DNA of 32,000 nucleotides from Nostoc sp. CCY 9925. Lineage in GTDB: Bacteria; Cyanobacteriota; Cyanobacteriia; Cyanobacteriales; Nostocaceae. The stretch lies in NCBI RefSeq assembly GCF_963920935.1, contig NZ_CAWUDO010000034.1:49138-81137 (forward strand), in the 5' to 3' direction. Shown here in pieces: positions 8,856-16,900 of the stretch. The notes beneath the pieces are model-generated. The model saw only the letters and a list, made by a program, of their open reading frames with translations, did not search any database and had not been told where the DNA came from. Positions within the stretch are counted from its first letter, which is position 1. Every line of letters begins with the position of its first letter. The translations under genes and the position numbers were made by a program.

Positions 8856-9474
8856 AGAGCTTTCGTACTAAACTTCTATATTGTTTTGATTATCTTTAAG
8901 GAGGTCAAATGAACTGTTTGGGTTTTTTGAATAAAGATGCACAGTTTAACCAACCACAGGCTGAAAATCTAATCGAACAACTTTCTAACACAAATTCCAA
9001 CTTTTAACCAAAAATTCAAATACTAGTGATTGTTCGCACGGCTACATTTTCAACTTAGTAGATACGAGATTAGATAATCTATCCACAGGTATATATTTTC
9101 CTGAAAAAATGGGAATACTAATGTTTTTGAGTATTTTCACTGCATGATTTTGTGGCAATTAAATTCACAACAGCTACTCTCGGACAAAATTATAGTTGCA
9201 GAGGAATTGTGACAAAATTATCCACAGGTTAAGGAAATGTTGCGTTGTTAGAGGTTTTTGACAGGAATGCTAGTTATCTTCTATGCTGGAAAATCTACTG
9301 AGGAGATTAATTAGGTCTTATGGCTAGAAGAATTAATTTGCCTCATTTGCTGAATTCGATAAAATTGATACATGAAAAATAAGTTTTTATAGCTGTCAAT
9401 ATGTAATCAAGGTGCTGCCAAATATTTAGACAGCAATAATCAAAAGCTTGGAAAGAGTCAATCAAGGTGTATCA

Positions 9475-10701
9475 ATGGATTTATTAGAGTACCAAGTTAA
9501 AGAATGGTTTGGGAAGATAGGCATTCCTGTATTGCCTTCCCAACGAATTGACCATCCCACAGATTTGAAACGTTTAAAAATTGGTTTTCCAATTGTACTG
9601 AAATCTCAAGTGCATGGAGCAGAACGGGCAAAAGCAGGTGGAGTCAGATTTGCCGAAACAACAATCGATGCGATCGCAGCTGCCCAAAATATCTTTAGTT
9701 TACCCATATGGGGCGAGTTGCCGGAAGTCGTGCTGGCAGAATCCCAATACGACGCCAACCAAGAATTTTATCTGGCGGTGGTTTTAGACACTGCTGTTTG
9801 CCGGCCTGTACTTTTAGGTTGCAAAGAAGCAGACATCGATTGGGAATCCGCTGGCGAAAAAATGCACCATGTCGTCGTTGAACAAGAATTCTCGCCATTT
9901 TATGCGCGACGACTGGCTTTGAAAATGGGTTTGCAGGGAACGCTGATGCAATCGGTAAGCAGCGTTCTCCAGAAGATGTACCAGTTATTTGTGCAAAAAG
10001 ACCTGGATTTAGTCGAAATCAATCCCTTGGCAGTCAATCCTAACGGCGAAGTTATGGCTCTTAATGGTAAAGTCAGGGTGAATGAACGAGCCATCAAGCG
10101 TCATCCAGATCTTGGGGAAATGGCAGCAAAAATCATCAGCCGTCATCCAAGTACTGAAATCAACGGTATTTTGGGCGATTGGGATGGTGTGCAAATGCAC
10201 GGAAAAATCGGTATTTTAGGTAATGGTACTGGTTCAGTAATGGCAACTTTGGATTTAGTCGCTAATGCTGGCGGTAAACCAGGTGTTTGTTTGAATCTAC
10301 GCCATGCTTTCCTTACTGATACTACACCAACTACATTTAGCGATCGCCTAGAAACAGGGTTGAAAATTTTGGCTGCTGACAAAAGCATCGAAGTTATACT
10401 AATAAACTTCCTGGGTAACATTCCTCAGGCTGAGGAAGTAGCCCAAATCATTGCCAAATTTGTACAGGAAGACAACAACGAACTCAAATTAAAAATAGTA
10501 CGCTCTAATGGTAGTAAAATTCCACGAGATCTGAATATTCCCTCCTTAGTTGTTCGTCTTGCTGGTTCTGAGTTGAATGCGACTAAAAATTATTTAGCAA
10601 CACTTAAAACTCAGAGCAGTGCCCTTATTGTGGTAGAAAATTTAGATGAGGCAGTGGAAGTAGCAGTTCGTCTTGCTAAACCAAGTACAAAGAAGAAATA
10701 G
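9475..10701 (+). CDS. sucC: Succinyl-CoA synthetase beta-subunit-like ATP-grasp protein, with divergent motifs
   Basis: MDLLEYQVKEWFGKIGIPV... aligns by eye with E. coli SucC MNLHEYQAKQLFARYGLP. Also VHGAERAKAGGV aligns with VHAGGRGKAGGV, INPLAV is present, and ILGNGTGSVMATLD aligns with MVNGAGLAMGTMD. I chose the start at ATG 9475; the ORF-track start at 9448 is a TTG. Confidence 0.8.
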   Translation: MDLLEYQVKEWFGKIGIPVLPSQRIDHPTDLKRLKIGFPIVLKSQVHGAERAKAGGVRFAETTIDAIAAAQNIFSLPIWGELPEVVLAESQYDANQEFYLAVVLDTAVCRPVLLGCKEADIDWESAGEKMHHVVVEQEFSPFYARRLALKMGLQGTLMQSVSSVLQKMYQLFVQKDLDLVEINPLAVNPNGEVMALNGKVRVNERAIKRHPDLGEMAAKIISRHPSTEINGILGDWDGVQMHGKIGILGNGTGSVMATLDLVANAGGKPGVCLNLRHAFLTDTTPTTFSDRLETGLKILAADKSIEVILINFLGNIPQAEEVAQIIAKFVQEDNNELKLKIVRSNGSKIPRDLNIPSLVVRLAGSELNATKNYLATLKTQSSALIVVENLDEAVEVAVRLAKPSTKKK

Positions 10702-10707
10702 TCAGAC

Positions 10708-10754
10708 AATTTTGAATTTTAAATTTTGAATTTTGAATTTTGAATTTTGAATTC
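10708..10754. repeat. STRR heptamer array (AATTTTG, ~6.5 copies) in the sucC-sucD spacer
   Basis: caattttgaattttaaattttgaattttgaattttgaattttgaattcc, followed by the small hairpin ccccgaagggg (10754-10764). Confidence 0.9.
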
Positions 10755-10797
10755 CCCGAAGGGGTTAACTGGCTTGCCAAGCTTACGGTAAATTATT

Positions 10798-11679
10798 ATG
10801 AACATAACGCCAGAGAGTAAAGTCTTAATTCAAGGCTTTTGTGAATTTATATCAGGCACTCATGTTGCTCAAATGAAAGCCTATGGCACGAATTTGGTAG
10901 CTGGTGTCAATCCTGGATGCGGCGGACAGGAACTGCACGAAATACCAGTATTTGACTTAGTAGAGGAAGTAGTAGAACAATTTGGCCCAATTGACACGAC
11001 AATTATCTGTGTAGATCCTTACGATGTTTTGGATGCGGCATTAGAAGCGATCGCATCTCAGATTCGCCAAATTATTATTATCACCGCTGGAGTGCCACCT
11101 TTGGATATGGTGCAATTACTCCGCAAAGCCGAGGCCTGTGAAACCTTGGTAGTCGGGCCAAATAGTCCGGGGATCATTGTGCCAGGAAAAATTCTCTTAG
11201 GAACTCAACCAAGTGAATTTTATACACCAGGGCCAGTGGGGATTGTCAGTCGTAGCAGTACCCTTACTTACGAAGTCGCCTACGAATTAACAAAAGCTGG
11301 TTTGGGGCAGTCGATTAGTGTCAGCATCGGTAGTGATGCGATCGTTGGTTCTTCGTTTTTGCAATGGCTACAAATTCTCGACGAGGATGAGACTACAGAA
11401 GCGATCGTTTTAGTCGGTCAACCTGGTGGTGGTAGTGAAGAAGCAGCGGCGCGCTACATTGCTGAGGCCATTGATAAACCAGTAATTGCCTACATTGCAG
11501 GCAGACTTGCACCACCAGGGAAAAGTTGGCGCCAAACCGGCACTTTAGCAACAGTTATCGGACGCGACCCCAATTTTGGCACAGCCCAAAGTAAATTAGC
11601 TGCTTTCAAAGAAGTACAAGTTCCCGTAGCTGAACGCCCTTCTCAAATTCCACAATTGGTGAAAAAAGGGATTAATTAA
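10798..11679 (+). CDS. sucD: Succinyl-CoA synthetase alpha-subunit-like CoA-binding protein, with a degenerate catalytic loop
   Basis: It is collinear by eye with E. coli SucD: KVLIQGF, PVFDLV, IIIITAGVPPLDM, VGPNSPGII, VGIVSRSSTLTYE, TEAIVLVGQPGGGSEEAAA, VIAYIAG. The phosphohistidine loop GHAGA, however, reads RQTGT. Confidence 0.8.
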   Translation: MNITPESKVLIQGFCEFISGTHVAQMKAYGTNLVAGVNPGCGGQELHEIPVFDLVEEVVEQFGPIDTTIICVDPYDVLDAALEAIASQIRQIIIITAGVPPLDMVQLLRKAEACETLVVGPNSPGIIVPGKILLGTQPSEFYTPGPVGIVSRSSTLTYEVAYELTKAGLGQSISVSIGSDAIVGSSFLQWLQILDEDETTEAIVLVGQPGGGSEEAAARYIAEAIDKPVIAYIAGRLAPPGKSWRQTGTLATVIGRDPNFGTAQSKLAAFKEVQVPVAERPSQIPQLVKKGIN

Positions 11680-12028
11680 ACCAGATGCAATCTGCCAATA
11701 AAAACTCGTCGGCTACTCACAGTAATAATTGCTCATAGCTTCAATAAATTTGTACGAATAATTCCAACATTAGAATTTCGTAATTCGGTCTTTGCTAAAT
11801 ATTTATTTCCTAGGACATTGCTGAAAATATAAGTAATGGAGGAAAACCACAGACATAGCTGATTTCCGGCAAAATCAAAAAATCAAACTGCTTTTTGAGG
11901 CGAAAATCTCCTAGAGTTAGAGAAGGTATCAGCTTATCTAATATTGTCTTTAAAAAGAAAAACGCGTTGAAAGCATTAGGAATGAAGCTTAACTGTACTG
12001 TAGTATACTACATCTAAATAATAATCCT

Positions 12029-13720
12029 GTGTTTAATAGTTTAATAGTTGAAAGCAGTGTGAAAAAAATCCTGATTTTGTCAGCCAATCCGCAAAATACA
12101 GAAAAGCTACGCCTGGATGAAGAAGTACGGGAAATTCAGGCTGGTTTGGAACGTGCTAGAAGCCGAGATCGGTTTGAAATTATCACCAGATGGGCAGTCC
12201 GGACTGATGATTTACGCCGTGCGCTTTTGGATCACGAACCGGAAATTGTTCACTTTTCTGGGCATGGGGCTGGAAATCAGGGTTTGGCCTTAGAAAATAA
12301 TGTAGGGCAAATGCAACTGGTGAGTACAGCTTCACTGGCAAGGCTATTTAAGTTATTTAAAAATCAGGTTGAGTGTGTGCTATTGAATGCTTGCTATAGC
12401 GAGGTACAAGCTGAAGCCATTCATCAACACATTGATTGTGTAGTGGGCATGAATCAGGCAATTGGCGATCGGGCGGCGATTAAATTTGCCGTTGGTTTTT
12501 ATGATGCACTGGGCGCTGACAGAAGCTATGAAGATGCTTATGAGTTTGGCTGTAGTGCGATTGATTTAGAAAGTATTCCTGAGTCTGCAACTCCAATTTT
12601 GAAAAGCCGCAACAAGCCAAAAGATAGCCCAGGGATTGCACAACAGCGCCAGCCAGAACAGATTCCCCAAAACTCAATACCGACAGTAACAGTAATCTCT
12701 CTAGAAAATCCAGAAGGGCAAGTACCTCTAGATTCTGCTTTTTATGTTGAGCGTCCCCCAATTGAAACAGACTGTTACGAAACTATTCTCAAGCCAGGTG
12801 CTTTAATTCGGATCAAAGCTCCTCGGCAGATGGGCAAAACCTCCTTAATGACGCGAATTCTGAGTCACGCTCATCAAAATAATTATCAAAGTGCATCTTT
12901 AAACTTTCAATCAGCCGATGCAGAATTTCTCAATAGCTTGGATTTATTTTTACAGTGGTTTTGTGCCAGCATTACTAACGAATTGAATTTACCAGATAAA
13001 CTCAGTGATTATTGGAAAGGAGTTTTGGGTAGCAAAAATAAATGTACAAATTACTTTCAACGGTATTTATTACCTGCAATTAATAGTCCTATTGCTTTGG
13101 GTTTGGATGAAGTGGATGAAGTTTTCAAACATCCGATAATTGCTGCCGATTTTTTTGGATTGCTGCGGGCTTGGCATGAGCGCTCAAAAAATGAAGTACT
13201 TTGGAAAAATCTCAGGTTAGTAATTGCTCATTCTAAAGAAGTTTACATTCCACTTAATATTAATCAGTCACCTTTTAATGTGGGTTTACCAATTGAATTA
13301 CCAGATTTGAATCAAATACAAGTACAAGATTTAGTCAAGCGTCACAGCATAAATTGGTCTGATTCACAGGTGGAAGAGTTGAGAAAGTTGGTGAATGGTC
13401 ATCCTTATTTAGTGCGGATGGCGCTTTATGAAATTGCCCGTGGTAGGATGACGCTGCCAAAACTACAGCAAATTGCAGCCACAGAGGAAGGTCCTTACAG
13501 CGATCATTTGCGCCGCCATTGGCTGAATTTGCAAATAGATCCAGAATTACTGGATGCAATTCAACAAGTGGTGACAGCAGATTCTCCTGTGGATGTGGGA
13601 GCAGAAGCAGCATTTAAACTCCGCAGTATGGGGGTGGTAAAATTTCAGGGTAATGAAGTGATACCTTTATGTGATTTGTATAGACAGTATTTTTGCGATC
13701 GCCTGGGAATTAACAATTAA
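12029..13720 (+). CDS. Caspase/CHAT-like (His-Cys dyad) N-terminal domain fused to an AAA_35-type STAND-like P-loop NTPase
   Basis: N-terminal domain: KKILILSANPQNTEKLRLDEEVREIQ...EIVHFSGHG...CVLLNACYS. After a P/Q-rich linker comes FYVERPPIE...LIRIKAPRQMGKTSL (Walker A) and ALGLDEVDEV (Walker B). The start may instead be GTG 12059 (VKKILILS...). Confidence 0.8.
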   Translation: MFNSLIVESSVKKILILSANPQNTEKLRLDEEVREIQAGLERARSRDRFEIITRWAVRTDDLRRALLDHEPEIVHFSGHGAGNQGLALENNVGQMQLVSTASLARLFKLFKNQVECVLLNACYSEVQAEAIHQHIDCVVGMNQAIGDRAAIKFAVGFYDALGADRSYEDAYEFGCSAIDLESIPESATPILKSRNKPKDSPGIAQQRQPEQIPQNSIPTVTVISLENPEGQVPLDSAFYVERPPIETDCYETILKPGALIRIKAPRQMGKTSLMTRILSHAHQNNYQSASLNFQSADAEFLNSLDLFLQWFCASITNELNLPDKLSDYWKGVLGSKNKCTNYFQRYLLPAINSPIALGLDEVDEVFKHPIIAADFFGLLRAWHERSKNEVLWKNLRLVIAHSKEVYIPLNINQSPFNVGLPIELPDLNQIQVQDLVKRHSINWSDSQVEELRKLVNGHPYLVRMALYEIARGRMTLPKLQQIAATEEGPYSDHLRRHWLNLQIDPELLDAIQQVVTADSPVDVGAEAAFKLRSMGVVKFQGNEVIPLCDLYRQYFCDRLGINN

Positions 13721-13882
13721 GAAATTACATTAGGAGGTATGAAAGACTTTTATTTTGAACCACTATTAAAGTAAAAAGGTATAAATTCATGGTTCAAGTT
13801 ATTCTAGGCAAAAGATATCACCTTAACCGAACTCCTTGAGCAATTTAACCTACAACTTGCAGTTTAAAGCGCCTAGCTGATT

Positions 13883-13949
13883 TAATTCGTAATTCGTAAT
13901 TCGTAATTAATAAATAATGTCTTTTTCCTACTCCCCAGTCCCCAGTCCC
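13883..13949. repeat. STRR heptamer arrays (AATTCGT x3, then CCCCAGT x2.5) just upstream of the 1242-aa gene
   Basis: taattcgtaattcgtaattcgtaatt at 13883-13908. ccccagtccccagtccc at 13933-13949. CCCCAGT is the classical STRR1 unit of heterocystous cyanobacteria. Confidence 0.9.
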
Positions 13950-13961
13950 TATAAATAGCCT

Positions 13962-16900
13962 ATGACGCAGTATCAGTATCAAGTCGGGGGTAGTCTGCCT
14001 CAAGATGCGCTAACCTACGTTAGAAGGCAAGCTGACTATGATTTTTATGAAGGCTTAAAAGCTGGGGAGTTTTGTTATGTTCTCAACTCACGGCAGATGG
14101 GGAAATCTAGTTTGCGCGTGCAGGTGATGAAGCAATTGCAGGAAGAGGGTTTTGCCTGTGCTGCTATTGATATTACAGCGATCGGCACGGCAGATATTAC
14201 CCCAGAAGAGTGGTACGCGGGGGTAATTGATACGCTGGTGGGGAGTTTTAATATTTACAATGAGTTTGATTTAGATACTTGGTGGACTGAGAACGGGTTG
14301 CTGTCACCAGTGCAGCGGTTTAGCAAGTTTATTGAAACGGTTTTACTCAAAATAATTACTGCAAAGATAGTTATTTTTATTGATGAAATAGATAGTATTC
14401 TCAGCCTTTCCTTCAACTTGGATGACTTTTTTGCTGTGATTCGGGATTGCTATAACCGACGCGCTGACTATCCTGATTATCATCGTCTCACCTTTGCTTT
14501 GATTGGGGTGTCTACGCCTTCAGATTTGATTCAAGACAAACGCCGCACACCTTTTAATATTGGACGGGCAATTGATTTAACTGGCTTTCAACTCCAAGAG
14601 GCGCAACCCTTAGCCCAAGGATTAGCAGAGGTGGGCGATTCTCAAGAATTGATGCGGGTGGTGCTGGAATGGACTGGGGGACAGCCGTTTTTGACACAAA
14701 AAGTCTGTAAATTGCTGGTGCAGAGAGGACTGGAGACTAGGGATTGGGGACTAGCGACTGGGGACTGGGTAGAAGAGTTGTTACGCCAGCGGATTATTGA
14801 GAATTGGGAAGCGCAGGATGAGCCGGAGCATTTGAAGACGATTCGTGACAGAATCATGCGGAGTGGGGAACAGCGGACTGGGCGATTGTTGGGGTTGTGT
14901 CAGCAAATTTCGCAGCAGGGAGAGATAGTTGCTGATGACAGTCCCGAACAAACGGAACTGCGGCTGACGGGGTTGGTGGTGAAGCGGGAGGGAAAGCTGC
15001 GAATTTATAACCGCATTTACGCAGAGGTGTTTAAGCAGGAATGGAGTGAGAAAATCTTAGCAAAGTTGCGTCCTTACTCTGGTGCATTAAATGCTTGGGT
15101 TGAGTCGGAACGTCAAGATGAGTCGCGCTTGTTGCGGGGAAAGGCTTTGCAAGATGCTCAAGAATGGACAGTCGGTAAAAGTTTAAGCGATTTGGATTAT
15201 CAGTTTTTAGCTGCTAGCCAAGAATTAGAAAAGCGCGATGTGCAGAAACGGCTGGAGGCAGAGGAACAGGCAAGGCAGGTATTAGCAAAGGCAAACCATA
15301 AAGCTAATCAGCGGATTCAGATTGGCTCTGTGGTGCTAGGGTTGGCTGTAGTGGGGGTGATAGCTTCGTTAATATTGGCTCAATATCAATTGGGGCAGGC
15401 GCGGCAAGCACAAGCTGATGTTAACAAGGCAGAATCTGACCGCAAACAAGCAATAGCCGATCAGCAGCAAGCCCTCGAACGGGTAAAAAAGGCAGAATCT
15501 GACGGTAAACAAGCAATAGCTGATGCTAATAAGGCTAAGAAACAACAGGAGCAAGCCCTAGCACGGGCAAAAAAAACTGATGACGATGCAAAAAAAACTC
15601 GAACTGAAGCACAACAATCCGTTTTAGCAGCGCAGTCTAAGAGTAAAATCGCCCGCGAACAGCTACAAAAGGCACTCAAAGCAACAGAACTGGCAGAACG
15701 AAAAAAACAAAAAGCAGAGGCATCTCAAAAACAGGCAGAAGCAAAAACACAGATTACACGGGAAGGTGCAAAACTGGAAGGGTTATTTGTCCAAGCTTTA
15801 GCACAATTTGAGTTGGATCGGGTAAAAGCTTTGCTAGCAGCAATAAAATACGGAAATGATTTCAAAGCCTTACTAGAGAAAAATCATCTGCAAACACTCG
15901 ACTTTGAAGCTAATCCAGTGCTAGCTTTACAAATCATCTTTGAAAATATGCCGCAAGTGCTAAGGCATCAGTATCCGGTTACCAGCGCCAGTTTTAGCCC
16001 TGATGGTCAGTATATTATCACTACCTCCAGTGACAATGTTGGTCACTTATGGAAAATGGGACGGCAAATTTACAGCTTAAAAGGTCATCAAGGTATTGTC
16101 TACAATGCCAGTTTCAGCCCTGATGGAAAATACATTGTCACAACTTCATCTGATAAGACCGCTAGAGTTTGGGACTTGACAGGACAGCAAATTTCCATCC
16201 TCAAAGGGCATGAGGGCATGGTCTGGAGTGCCAATTTTAGCCCTGATGGAAAATACATTGTCACAACCTCATCTGATAAGACCGCCCGAGTTTGGGACTT
16301 GACAGGACGGCAAATTTCTATCCTCAAAGGGCATGAGGGCATGGTCTGGAGTGCCAATTTTAGCCCTGATGGAAAATACATTGTCACAGCTTCCGGTGAC
16401 AAGACTGCTCGAGTTTGGGACGAGTTGACGGGAAAGAAAATTGCTTTGTTTCGAGAGCATAAGAGCGCCGTCTATAGTGCCAGTTTTAGCCCAGACGGAA
16501 AATCTATCGTTACAGCTTCCGGTGACAAAACCGTACAGAAATGGGAATGGAAGCAATACCTGCAAGAAAAGGAAGATCCACAGACACCATCTAAGGAAAG
16601 CGAAGAAAAAAAATGGGGAATTACACTTGATGATATTGTCTGGAGCGCCAGTTTTAGCACTGATGGAGAGCGCATTATCACTGCCTCCCGCGACGGTACT
16701 GCCCGAGTGTGGGACTTGACAGGAAAGGAGATTACTACTTTGAAAGGGCATCATGGCACGGTTTGGAGTGCTAGTTTTAACCGCCATGGGCAACGCATTG
16801 TCACAGCCTCATCTGATAAGACTGCTTTGGTTTGGTTGCAGCAAGAACAGAATGCTTTAAATAACTATCTCAGTAGTGCTAATGATGAATCCAAGAAAGA

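Noticed and set aside
8856-9474. The AT-rich ~600-bp spacer with DnaA-box-like motifs as a chromosomal origin (oriC)
   Set aside because: There are only one perfect and one near-perfect box, no dense box cluster, no adjacent dnaA or dnaN, and no way to assess GC skew from 32 kb. I kept it only as a possible regulatory duplicate motif.
204-10421. Short antisense ORFs inside kdpB (204..461, 1317..1547), the DegT gene (5239..5424), the 596-aa gene (7906..8100, 8375..8563) and the sucC-like gene (9695..10421 group)
   Set aside because: Each lies within a longer ORF that has clear family motifs. None has independent support.
10708-10754. Possibility that the short tandem arrays, or the 123/126-bp repeats, are CRISPR arrays
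   Set aside because: The heptamer arrays have no spacers. The 123/126-bp repeats are contiguous, in frame and encode WD40/TPR units. No cas genes and no repeat-spacer architecture are present.
13739-13774. 11-codon mini-ORF (MKDFYFEPLLK) preceded by AGGAGG in the spacer between the two AAA_35 genes
   Set aside because: The AGGAGG is only 1 nt from the ATG, which is too close for a functional SD. The peptide has no recognisable features. It could still be tested by Ribo-seq.
12480-15679. Antisense ORFs 12480..12761, 13335..13613, 14642..14857, 15369..15554 and 15461..15679
   Set aside because: All are on the opposite strand of long, motif-bearing + strand genes. Those at 15369-15679 simply reflect the low-complexity K/A/Q coiled-coil DNA.
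16100-16793. ORFs 16100..16402 (-), 16269..16793 (-), 16441..16719 (+) and 16472..16681 (-)
   Set aside because: These are antisense or off-frame readings of the WD40 repeat region. They stay open only because the repeated sequence lacks stops in several frames.
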